Shown one piece after another: positions 35,978 through 45,045 of a DNA stretch of 64,000 bases. Origin of the DNA: an uncultured Saprospiraceae bacterium (GTDB taxonomy: Bacteria; Bacteroidota; Bacteroidia; Chitinophagales; Saprospiraceae). A program made the position numbers and the translations under genes. The first letter of the stretch is position 1. Each line of letters opens with the position of its first letter. The notes beneath the pieces are model-generated. The model was given only the letters and a program-made list of their open reading frames with translations. It was not told the DNA's origin and did no database searches. The stretch is from NCBI GenBank assembly GCA_964470035.1, contig CAYYBR010000001.1, forward strand, positions 8,776 through 72,775, read 5' to 3'.

Positions 35978-37036
35978 ATGAAGGTCTTAATTTTTTTAAT
36001 TTCTATGTTCTGTGTCGTCATGATGAGCGGACAGGTACTAGTTTCTCAAATTGAAGGATTATTAGAAGTCTATCATCCTACCGATTCTACTTCCATATAT
36101 ATCGGTAAGCAAGCAGGTGAAGCAACAAGTGGTATTTCGAAGCTCAATACAATTGTAGGAGATAGAGCGGGACGTAGTAATACAACGGGAGATCAGAATA
36201 GTTTCTTCGGATCACAAGCAGGTAGAGACAATACTACTGGTCGGCAGAACAGTGTTTTTGGATACGACGCAGGAGAGTCTAATACAACCGGAAATGGGAA
36301 TAGTTTTTTTGGTAGTAATGCTGGTGAATCAAATGTAGCTGGATCGGAGAATTCTTTTTTCGGTTCTTGTGCTGGTGAAAATAATGTTAATGGCAGTCAT
36401 AATGTACTTATAGGGGCAGATTCTGGAGGAGCGATCCGAGATGGCAGTAATAATACTGCGATCGGTCATTCAGCAGGAAATGAATTGACAGGTGAAGGAA
36501 ATGTAATCATTGGATCTAATGCTGGTCCTACACGTGCAAGCTCAGCAAGGAATAATAGCTTATTTATTGATAATGAAGAATCTGATCAACCTCTTATATA
36601 TGGAGATTTTGGTGACGATATATTAAGGATCAATGGACAACTTCAAATTGATGGTACTGCAGATGGAAATAGTAGATTAAGAATGCAGGGAGTAGGAGGC
36701 ACTTTCAATGAAGTTATCAGGTATAGTGGGTCAGCTAACGATGTGGTCATGGGCAGTGTATCAGGATCTGGAGGTAAACTGTTCTTAAGGTCCGACGGAA
36801 GGACTCAGATGGCCATGATTGAAAATGGAAATGTTGGTATAGGGACTACTAATCCTACTGAGGCCTTAGATGTAAGGGGGGCGGCTACTTTTGAAGATTT
36901 TATAAGACTCGAACCATTGGATCAAGAACCTTTTGAATGCAATAGCTCCAGGATAGGTGTGGTTTACTATGACACGATTGTTGATTCACTAAGGTTTTGT
37001 CGAGGAGATGAATGGCGAAGAATATTGTCTAACTAA
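35978..37036 (+). CDS. Secreted repeat protein: about nine 17-residue N-[ST]-x-[FI]-G-x-x-A-G-x-x-N-x-x-G-x-x units (beta-helix/YadA-head-like) plus a tail-fibre-like C-terminal module
   Basis: 352 aa. Signal peptide, regular repeats at nt 36089-36550, then the GNVGIGTTNPTEALDV motif seen in Bacteroidota tail-fibre-domain proteins. Confidence 0.6.
   Translation: MKVLIFLISMFCVVMMSGQVLVSQIEGLLEVYHPTDSTSIYIGKQAGEATSGISKLNTIVGDRAGRSNTTGDQNSFFGSQAGRDNTTGRQNSVFGYDAGESNTTGNGNSFFGSNAGESNVAGSENSFFGSCAGENNVNGSHNVLIGADSGGAIRDGSNNTAIGHSAGNELTGEGNVIIGSNAGPTRASSARNNSLFIDNEESDQPLIYGDFGDDILRINGQLQIDGTADGNSRLRMQGVGGTFNEVIRYSGSANDVVMGSVSGSGGKLFLRSDGRTQMAMIENGNVGIGTTNPTEALDVRGAATFEDFIRLEPLDQEPFECNSSRIGVVYYDTIVDSLRFCRGDEWRRILSN
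36089..36550 (+). repeat. In-frame 51-nt (17-aa) tandem repeat array inside the secreted protein gene
   Basis: Units include NTIVGDRAGRSNTTGDQ, NSFFGSQAGRDNTTGRQ, NSVFGYDAGESNTTGNG, NSFFGSNAGESNVAGSE and NSFFGSCAGENNVNGSH. Confidence 0.8.
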
Positions 37037-37091
37037 ATCGGAGCTCTTCATGAGATGGAGCTTGTTTTTATTATAAAACTTATATTAGTCT

Positions 37092-37733
37092 ATGCCGATC
37101 AATGTACTCATAACCGACGACCATCAACTAGTAAGGGAAGGTATTCGTCTCATGGTAGATGGCAAAGAAGACATCACTGTCATCGGAGAGGCGGCTAATG
37201 GCCAAGAAGCTTTGGATTTTATAGGTGATAAAGAAGCCGATATCGTCTTATTAGATCTCAATATGCCTGTGATGAATGGCATAGACGCCTGCAAGGCGAT
37301 CAAGAAAAAGTACCCTGGTATTAAGGTAATCATACTATCGATGATTTCTGAATCAAAGATTGTCCAGAATCTCATGAAGTATGGTGCTAATGGGTACCTG
37401 CTTAAAAATTCGGGACAAGACGAGATCTTAGAAGCTATCCAAAAGGTCTACGCTGGTGAAAATCACTTCGATCAAGAGATTATTGATATAATTCTTAATC
37501 CTTCTACGAGTGTTCAGGTGAAAGATGAAAACCTTCATCCATCACTTTCTCGTCGCGAGAAAGAAATCCTTCAACTCATCATCGAAGAACATACCACCTC
37601 AGAGATAGCAGAGAAGCTTTTTATCAGCTTTGGCACAGTAGAAAGTCATCGACGCAATATGATCAGTAAGTTAGGTGTGCGCAATACAGCAGGATTGGTA
37701 TCTGCGGCATATAAGTACGACCTGCTGACTTAG
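37092..37733 (+). CDS. NarL/LuxR-family response regulator (canonical receiver)
   Basis: 213 aa. DD pair (ITDDH), phospho-acceptor LLDLNMP, S and K residues, and a GerE HTH. Confidence 0.9.
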   Translation: MPINVLITDDHQLVREGIRLMVDGKEDITVIGEAANGQEALDFIGDKEADIVLLDLNMPVMNGIDACKAIKKKYPGIKVIILSMISESKIVQNLMKYGANGYLLKNSGQDEILEAIQKVYAGENHFDQEIIDIILNPSTSVQVKDENLHPSLSRREKEILQLIIEEHTTSEIAEKLFISFGTVESHRRNMISKLGVRNTAGLVSAAYKYDLLT

Positions 37734-37867
37734 GTTTCCAATTTACACGGGGTTTTACACCAATTGAAGCCATCCTCTTCTAGAAGCATTATTATGCTTT
37801 GTCCCAATCACTAGAATTATAATACCCACTGTGATTCTTGCTTCCTAGATCATCTTCGTATATACCA

Positions 37868-37877
37868 GAATTCATAT
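37868..37877. promoter_or_regulatory. Motif site 4: GAATTCATAT upstream of the alpha/beta hydrolase gene
   Basis: Read directly. Lies 50 nt before the TACATTTG box at 37928 and 75 nt before ATG 37953. Confidence 0.4.
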
Positions 37878-37927
37878 AAAAAATTTAAATCCCTTTTTTC
37901 TGGTAGGGTTAAATTATGCCTTGATTT

Positions 37928-37935
37928 TACATTTG
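37928..37935 (+). promoter_or_regulatory. -7 promoter box TACATTTG
   Basis: Exact TAnnTTTG match, 17 nt upstream of ATG 37953. Confidence 0.4.
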
Positions 37936-37952
37936 AATAAAATTAAAATACA

Positions 37953-38840
37953 ATGGCGATCAAAAAATTAACGACTTCTGGATTTTCATATTCTTACGAA
38001 TTTATCGAAAATCCTGACTCTAACTTCAGTCCAATATTTATTGTTAATGGGGCATTTCAAAGTATGAAATCTTGGACTCACATTATTTCCCTTTTAAAAG
38101 AGCATTACTCTATCATCGTATCAGACCTTCCGGGTTGGGGGCAGTCTGATTTGCTTCCGAGTGTATATAGTTTTGATATGTACAACGAATTTATCCGCGA
38201 TATCCTTCTTGAGGAGAGTGTTGATCAAGTAAATCTTCTGTCGTGTTCTTTTGGGACTCTGATAGCCACTCAATTTGCTCAAAGGTATCCTCTGGCTATT
38301 GATAATCTTATTATGTGTAGCCCTATATTGAAGATCAAGAAATCACTCAAGAAACAGTTTCCTGAGATGAAAGAGATTATAGAATTAAAGGATTCGAAAC
38401 AACTTGCCAAGTTTCTATGTAAAATCGGATTGATAAATTGCAAGGCTGGTAAAAAGGGGAAGATTGATCACTTTGAAATATTGCTAAAGAGATTTGAAAG
38501 ATCTATATCCAATTGTGACCCTAATCAATTAGGTAAGTTTTTAGAAAATACGAATCGTATTATGAACTTTCCTAAACCCAATCTTAAGGAGATCTCTAAT
38601 CTAAGATCAATGATCTTGTCAGGTAGATACGATGAATTTACTTCAGTCAAAGATTGTAGGAAGGTGGCAACTCAATTTGAATCATGTGATTTCTATATGA
38701 TCCCTAAATCTGATCACATGTTTTTACATGAGCAGCCAGAGTATAGTGCCAATATGATCGATGGTTTTTTGAAAAGTCAAGAAGGTGCTGATAAAAAAGT
38801 CAATGTTCAAGAATCCAGACGTGTGATGCAAGTGGCCTGA
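37953..38840 (+). CDS. Alpha/beta hydrolase (AT-rich gene)
   Basis: 295 aa. Nucleophile elbow SCSFG (S-x-S-x-G variant), plus later acidic and His residues (GRYDEF, SDHMF). Confidence 0.7.
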   Translation: MAIKKLTTSGFSYSYEFIENPDSNFSPIFIVNGAFQSMKSWTHIISLLKEHYSIIVSDLPGWGQSDLLPSVYSFDMYNEFIRDILLEESVDQVNLLSCSFGTLIATQFAQRYPLAIDNLIMCSPILKIKKSLKKQFPEMKEIIELKDSKQLAKFLCKIGLINCKAGKKGKIDHFEILLKRFERSISNCDPNQLGKFLENTNRIMNFPKPNLKEISNLRSMILSGRYDEFTSVKDCRKVATQFESCDFYMIPKSDHMFLHEQPEYSANMIDGFLKSQEGADKKVNVQESRRVMQVA

Positions 38841-38908
38841 GCTTGTTGTTGAATGCAAAGCTCATAATTAATTAAAATCTGCGTGTCACTATAATGACTT
38901 AATAAAAC

Positions 38909-38966
38909 AACACAAAGGCACATAGAGTGCATGTAGCGTTAGTGAATTAAACTGTGTCTTTGTGTT
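38909..38966 (+). other. Long-loop hairpin (14-bp stem with one G-U, 30-nt loop) followed by T5; possible terminator or small structured RNA
   Basis: AACACAAAGGCACA at 38909-38922 pairs with TGTGTCTTTGTGTT at 38953-38966. Confidence 0.3.
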
Positions 38967-39091
38967 TTTCTATTACCTAGAAAATTGATCAGTAGTTAGA
39001 GATTTCTTGGAGGAAAGCAAATGTAGTCGTCACGAAACTATCCTATATCTTAATCCAAAACACAATAGATGAAAACCCTCTGTCAATCTTG

Positions 39092-40804
39092 CTATGTAAT
39101 CTCCCCCTGTAGTTTTGTGACGTTATTTCGCAGGGTGTTCAGCTGATCGTTATAGAGCTGGATATCCGCTCCTTCTTTAGAAAGATGCTCATCAAAGCGA
39201 TTAAAATTATCGTCGATGCGCTCTTTTATCTTTGTGATATAGGACTTGAGACCTGAGCTTACTTCTGTATGAAACTGTGATCGTCCACGATCTATCTCTG
39301 CAGTAAAGTCATTGACTATTTTTCGTCTTTTGAAGAAGGTTGATACCCCTGCAAAGACAAGTCCTGCAGCTGTGAGTACTCCGCCTGTGATATCGAATAC
39401 CATTCCGTTAGTGATAGCAGCGAGGATAACGCCAACAGCGGTGATACCACCTGCAGCCGCTAGATTAGGAGAGATGGACTCAGAAGATTTAGCAAGTTCT
39501 TTATCATAAAAGTTATCACTATCGCTCAGGAAGTCGGAGAAGGAGCGTTGGAGATCCCTTAAGACATTGGCCCTTCTTTCTGCTATGTTGCTAAATATCT
39601 CGTGGTCATCTTTTAAGATGGTTTTGCTATTGCGGAGTTTTAGATCTACCATCTTACCCATCTGCTGGATACTATCAGCGATGTCTATGACACCATCATT
39701 GAGCTTTCTCTTGAGGCTACTATTAAGCGATTGCTCCATATCATTGAGAAGATTATGAAGCCAATCCTTCGGACTTTTTTTGCCACTAAAGGTTGATTTG
39801 AATGATCGATTCACCAAACTAAAAAAACCGAGGCCTTCTTTGATTTCTTCTAGCTTAGGTCTGGTAACGTTGTCGTATTCTGCGATGAGATTTTCAACCA
39901 AGAAGTCGACCTGTTTTGAAGACTTTACCTCCTGATCTTTAAGTGTATCGCGTATATCCTCTCTGAAAGCAACATCGGCATCATACTGTTCTTTGCGTAC
40001 ATCAAGACCAGATTGAACTTTGTTGGCCATATTGAGGAGGGTCCCAAGATGGTTGGCCTGTTTAACTATAGGTGCCTTACCTCCGAGGATATTATCATCT
40101 ACATATGCGCGCAATGGGGCATAGCCACTTTCTGATAGACCTTCTTTTTCCTGCTTAGCGCTTACAGCAAAAACACGTGGATCAACGATACCTTTTTTCT
40201 TAGCCTGGTCTCTGACTCCTTGCAAGTTGATAGACAAGTCGCTTTCAGGCATTAGGTCCTTCTGCTGGAGGACGAAGATGACCTTCTTCCACCACTCGGC
40301 GTTGATGAAGTCAAAGAACTTCCACGATGACTCTCTGTAAGGGTTTTTAGCTTCGAAGACGAAGACGATGAGATCAGCAGCAGGGATGAACCTTTCAGTG
40401 ATTTCCTGATGGTGATCGATGATGGTGTTAGTGCCAGGCGTATCCACGATGCATATCTCCTTTAGTATATCTACAGGATGATAGATCTTCTTTAAGTAAT
40501 CATTGATGGCTACTTCACTTTCTTGTGGGCCATACATGATTTGTTGGATAGTATCCGTCATCGGAGAAGGAGCAACCTTGCAGATATCCTTATCTGTTTT
40601 TAGTAGGGCATTGATAAAGCTGCTTTTTCCGGCTTTAACTTCGCCCACTATGACGAACAAAAAGGGATCATAGATATGTTGCTTTAAGTCTTCAGCGGTC
40701 TGACGCAACTCCTCATGCCCGATACTATCAGTCAGTGATATGAACTCGTCTGTTAGCTGTCCAACTCGTACTCTTACCTCTTGTATTCGCTCAGGTGTTA
40801 TCAT
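39092..40804 (-). CDS. Dynamin-family large GTPase (bacterial dynamin-like protein) with a C-terminal membrane hairpin
   Basis: 570 aa. P-loop GEVKAGKSS, DTPG, QQKD (NKxD-like) and a hydrophobic glycine-rich hairpin near residues 455-500. Confidence 0.75.
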   Translation of the reverse strand: MITPERIQEVRVRVGQLTDEFISLTDSIGHEELRQTAEDLKQHIYDPFLFVIVGEVKAGKSSFINALLKTDKDICKVAPSPMTDTIQQIMYGPQESEVAINDYLKKIYHPVDILKEICIVDTPGTNTIIDHHQEITERFIPAADLIVFVFEAKNPYRESSWKFFDFINAEWWKKVIFVLQQKDLMPESDLSINLQGVRDQAKKKGIVDPRVFAVSAKQEKEGLSESGYAPLRAYVDDNILGGKAPIVKQANHLGTLLNMANKVQSGLDVRKEQYDADVAFREDIRDTLKDQEVKSSKQVDFLVENLIAEYDNVTRPKLEEIKEGLGFFSLVNRSFKSTFSGKKSPKDWLHNLLNDMEQSLNSSLKRKLNDGVIDIADSIQQMGKMVDLKLRNSKTILKDDHEIFSNIAERRANVLRDLQRSFSDFLSDSDNFYDKELAKSSESISPNLAAAGGITAVGVILAAITNGMVFDITGGVLTAAGLVFAGVSTFFKRRKIVNDFTAEIDRGRSQFHTEVSSGLKSYITKIKERIDDNFNRFDEHLSKEGADIQLYNDQLNTLRNNVTKLQGEIT

Positions 40805-40893
40805 AAGTTCCTTACGCTATATAGTGATGCGTCACACTTGGGACGAATTTATATATAGTTAAGTAACTATAGCCAATCTTGTCTTGTAAAGTC

Positions 40894-42074
40894 TTAGTAT
40901 ACTTCGAATAAGCCAGCAGCTCCTATACCACCACCTACGCACATCGTACATACTACATACTTTGCACCTCTTCGCTTTCCTTCGAGTAGAGCATGACCTA
41001 CCATCCTCGCACCTGTCATACCATATGGATGGCCGATAGAGATAGCACCACCATTCACATTAAGTATCTCATCAGGTATGCCAAGTTGATCACGACAGTA
41101 GATGACTTGTACGGCGAAAGCCTCGTTAAGTTCCCAAAGGTCGATATCCGACATCTTTAGACCATTAGCTTTTAGGAGTTTTGGTACAGCAATATAGGAC
41201 CGATACCCATCTCATCTGGTTCACAGCCTGCTACTGCTAGTCCTCTATACGCACCAAGTGGCTGGAGTCCTTTTTGCTCGGCGAGCTTGCTATCCATAAT
41301 CACACAAGCAGCAGCTCCATCAGAAAGTTGACTAGCATTCCCAGCTGTGATAGTACCACCTTCATTCACAAGACGAAGACCTTGAAGAGCTTCTAGCGTT
41401 GTCTGAGGTCGATTACCTTCGTCTTTAGCTATGGTCACGTCTTCATAGGTAATCTCACCAGTCTCTTTGTTCTTTATACCCTTATTAACAGTGACAGATA
41501 GGACTTCATCATCAAATACTCCAGAAGCCTGAGCTGCTGCCGTCCGTTGTTGACTCTTTAGACCATACTCGTCTTGAAGATCTCGAGATATGTCGTATCT
41601 CTTGGCTACTACTTCAGCAGTCTGAAGCATCGGCATATATACGTCCTTATGTTTAGCGATGAGGGCTCTATCTAACATGCGATGTGTATTCATATGGGCG
41701 TTCTGCACAAGGCTGATGGACTCTAAGCCTCCTCCTATCACTATGCTCATGCCATCATGTAATATCTGCTTGGCAGCAGTAGCTACAGCCATCATACCAG
41801 AAGAGCACTGTCGATCTATGCTCATACCAGGTACGGTCACAGGACACCCGCCAGCTAGTGCTGCGAGTCTTCCTATATTAGGTGATTGTGTGCCTTGTTG
41901 TAGGGCGCATCCCATGATGACATCATCTATCTCTGCTGGATCTATACCTGCACGAGATATGGCAGCTTCTATCGCCAGCCCTCCCATAGTTGGCGCATTC
42001 GTATTGTTAAAAGCTCCTTTGTAAGCCCTTCCGATAGGTGTCCGAGCTGTGGACACGATTACAGCTTCTTTCAT
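40894..42074 (-). pseudogene. Acetyl-CoA C-acyltransferase (thiolase) interrupted by a 1-nt frameshift at about 41190-41192
   Basis: ORF 41172-42074 carries the Cys active-site region (DRQCSSG). ORF 40894-41154 carries NEAFA and GHPYG...CVGGG. Shifting frame at ATA TT|GCT restores GPI[19 protein letters not shown]. Confidence 0.85.
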
Positions 42075-42193
42075 TTTGTATTATTTAGGATAGAAAGATA
42101 CAAGTAGTGTGACCTAAATATCAGGATGTGCCCATATAAATATTGGCTACCAGCAGGCCGCAGGAAGGACAACCTTACTACACTCTCGGACTT

Positions 42194-42955
42194 TTAACCA
42201 ACGATGTCTGGAGCTTCTAGTAAGTCAAAAAACTGGTCGAGCTTTGGAGTAAGGATGATTTCAGTCCTTCGATTTTTACTTCTCCCTATGGTCGTATCAT
42301 TATCAGAAACTGGAGTGTAGGAAGACCGCCCAGCAGCTGTGAGCCTAGAAGGGTCTACCTGGTATTCTTGCTGAAGTATCCTGATCACACTAGTCGCTCG
42401 TTGTACGCTCAGATCCCAGTTGTCACGATATATATTGTTATTGATAGGGACATTATCTGTATGTCCCTCTACTAAGACATTGACTTGTTTATGATCATTG
42501 ATGACGGTCGCTACTTTTTGTAGGACTATGTTGGCTTTTCTCGAGATCTGAGAACTGCCCGTTTGAAATAATAGCTTGTCGGCGATGCTCACATATACGG
42601 CGCTGCCTCTCACTTCGATTTGTATATCTTCATCATCTATATCGATCAGTGATCTCTTGAGATTATTAACTAGGGCAAAGTTGATCGAATCTTTTTCATA
42701 GATCTTATCCGTGAGATCTTGGATGTAGGCATTTTGAGCACTTAGCGTTTCTAAAGAACTCTGGATACTTTTTGCTTCAGATTTATTGATTACTGATAGA
42801 TCTGATAGACGATCCAGAAGACTTGAGTTAGACTCTTGTGTATGATTGAGCTGATCTTCTAGTTGTGATACCTGTGTCTCCAGTAGCTTTACTTTTGAGT
42901 TTTCACATGAACTCAATGCGAAAGCCAATACTGCAATTATGAAAATCTTGTTCAT
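42194..42955 (-). CDS. OmpA/MotB-like lipoprotein with an N-terminal coiled coil
   Basis: 253 aa. Lipobox ALSSC and OmpA-like motifs (VEGHTDNVPI, NWDLSVQRA, NRRTEI). Confidence 0.8.
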   Translation of the reverse strand: MNKIFIIAVLAFALSSCENSKVKLLETQVSQLEDQLNHTQESNSSLLDRLSDLSVINKSEAKSIQSSLETLSAQNAYIQDLTDKIYEKDSINFALVNNLKRSLIDIDDEDIQIEVRGSAVYVSIADKLLFQTGSSQISRKANIVLQKVATVINDHKQVNVLVEGHTDNVPINNNIYRDNWDLSVQRATSVIRILQQEYQVDPSRLTAAGRSSYTPVSDNDTTIGRSKNRRTEIILTPKLDQFFDLLEAPDIVG

Positions 42956-43025
42956 GGTGTTCGTTTATTATTTTCAAGTATAACGGTGATCCAAGGCTCT
43001 CACGCCTAGGGTTTACCCTTGACTT

Positions 43026-44018
43026 CTAGGAAGCCTGCGTTTGTGACCTATAAGTTGGGGCGACTTTTTGGTCTATAAAATCAGTAACTTTTTCTAGCAT
43101 CCAGGATCTATCGTTGCGGCTATAAGCAAAGCCAACATGTCCGCCATACTTGGGAGTGACTAGGTTGATATGTTCAAGACTATCTGCGAGCTCTGAAGGA
43201 TAGCACTGTGGACCTAAAAACGGATCATTCTGCGCATTGATGATGAGGGAGGGTATTCGGACTTTATGGAGCCACTGTATGGAGGCATTAGAATCATAAT
43301 AATCTTTCGCACTCTCATATCCCCAGATGGGAGCGGTATAGTATTCGTCAAACTGATAAAGATTATAGCACTTTCGTAAATGCTTCAAGCTCACTTCATC
43401 TGGAAACTGTTTCTTCTTGATAATGATCTTAGACACGAGGCTCTTAAGGAAGAAAGCCTGGTATAGGTAGTTGTCCCACTTGAGCAAGTGCTTGGATGCG
43501 TCGTCCAGATCGAGTGGGGTGCTGATGGCTACGATACTGCTTACCCTGTCATCCACACTTTCAGGATGTTGGCCAGCATATTTGAGTACAAGGTTACCAC
43601 CAAGGCTAAATCCTATGAGCGCCACCTCGTCATAATCGCCGGTATGCTCCTTCGTTACATATGCGATATCTCTGGTCTCACCAGAATTATACATCTGCAG
43701 ATGTCTGTTATTCTCTCCACTGCAACCCCTAAAGTTGATAGCAAGTACATCCCAACCTTTAGTCAAGAGGTACTCTGCCTGAAGTAATACATATACAGAT
43801 CTGCTACTGCCTTCCAAGCCATGACAAAGTATAGCAACCCTGGGGTGACCATGGCTCGCATAATCGAGGTCTAGAAAGTCTCCATCAGGAGTGGCCACTC
43901 TCTTTCTCTTATAGTCTACATCGGGCTCTCGCCCAAAAAGAGAAGGTATAAAAGTGCTATAGTGACTATGTCGATACTTTTTTGATGGGATAAAATCATG
44001 CTGAGATAACACGTTCAT
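43026..44018 (-). CDS. Alpha/beta hydrolase, YheT/ABHD1-3-like
   Basis: 330 aa. HGLEGSS and GFSLGGN nucleophile elbow, with a late DPF and His. Confidence 0.75.
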   Translation of the reverse strand: MNVLSQHDFIPSKKYRHSHYSTFIPSLFGREPDVDYKRKRVATPDGDFLDLDYASHGHPRVAILCHGLEGSSRSVYVLLQAEYLLTKGWDVLAINFRGCSGENNRHLQMYNSGETRDIAYVTKEHTGDYDEVALIGFSLGGNLVLKYAGQHPESVDDRVSSIVAISTPLDLDDASKHLLKWDNYLYQAFFLKSLVSKIIIKKKQFPDEVSLKHLRKCYNLYQFDEYYTAPIWGYESAKDYYDSNASIQWLHKVRIPSLIINAQNDPFLGPQCYPSELADSLEHINLVTPKYGGHVGFAYSRNDRSWMLEKVTDFIDQKVAPTYRSQTQAS

Positions 44019-44030
44019 GCCAAGAGATAA

Positions 44031-44963
44031 TTATGATCTTCCTAGTATCTGCAGAACTCTATCGGGATAGTCAGATATGATACCGTCAACACCAAGGTCG
44101 AGCATCGCTCTGATGTCTTTGTTTTCATTGACTGTCCAAGGTATCACTAGGATATCTTTGCTCCGACAGAATTCTATATCCTCTTTCTTTAGTAACTTAA
44201 AGTAACAGCTATAGATATCTGGCTTATAACCAAGCTTGTTGATATTATCGGCTATAGAGTCCATGTTTTCTATAAGCAAGGCCGTGCGGATCCTGGGTTC
44301 CTTACTTTTTACAAGTCGAAGTGACTCAAGATCAAAAGACTGGATGATCGTTTTATCAAATATATCGAGTTCCTTCACCTCGGCTAAGACAAGATCAACG
44401 AATGTCTCTCCGTCAGGATGATAGATGTTGTCATACTCAGGTAACCTCTTGATTTCTATGTTAAAATCAGGAAATGGAGTGTTGAAAGTATAAGCATAAT
44501 GCCTAGCCTTATCTACTACCTGTTTTAATAGAGGCTTATATGTTTTTACATTTTCTAGCTCAGGATACCTTTCATCTGGCAGTGATCCAACATCATATGT
44601 TTTGACTTTTTCGTAGTCCATGGCATAGATGTTATGGTTTTTTTCATCCTCTTTAGAGATGGGTGTTCCATCAGGGTCTATGCTTAGACCAGATCTGAAG
44701 TAAGGCTCATGAGATACAAGTACTTTATGATCTTTAGATATAGCGAGGTCGAGCTCCAATGTATTCACATTAAGCTCGAGAGCTTTTTGAAAAGCAGGTA
44801 AGGTGTTCTCGGGATATAATCCTCGACATCCTCGGTGTCCCTCTACATCTATCACTTTATTCATCTGAGTAGATTGATTAGTCACATTGTTATTTGCTGC
44901 CTTTTGGTTGCATGCACATAGGTAACAGCCTAAAAGAAGTACTGCTGATAAGAGTTTACTCAT
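44031..44963 (-). CDS. Glycerophosphodiester phosphodiesterase family lipoprotein
   Basis: 310 aa. EGHRGCRGLYPENT and LELDLAISKD motifs. N-terminal signal with Cys. Confidence 0.85.
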   Translation of the reverse strand: MSKLLSAVLLLGCYLCACNQKAANNNVTNQSTQMNKVIDVEGHRGCRGLYPENTLPAFQKALELNVNTLELDLAISKDHKVLVSHEPYFRSGLSIDPDGTPISKEDEKNHNIYAMDYEKVKTYDVGSLPDERYPELENVKTYKPLLKQVVDKARHYAYTFNTPFPDFNIEIKRLPEYDNIYHPDGETFVDLVLAEVKELDIFDKTIIQSFDLESLRLVKSKEPRIRTALLIENMDSIADNINKLGYKPDIYSCYFKLLKKEDIEFCRSKDILVIPWTVNENKDIRAMLDLGVDGIISDYPDRVLQILGRS

Positions 44964-45045
44964 AGCATAAAATTAACCAAAAAGAAAAGGAGAAGCCCCA
45001 GTGGAGCCCCTCCTTAATATCGGTTTATGACTATTTCTTAATTCG

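Noticed and set aside
41659-42024. 121-aa plus-strand ORF inside the thiolase locus
   Set aside because: It is antisense to a clearly recognisable thiolase reading frame and has no family resemblance.
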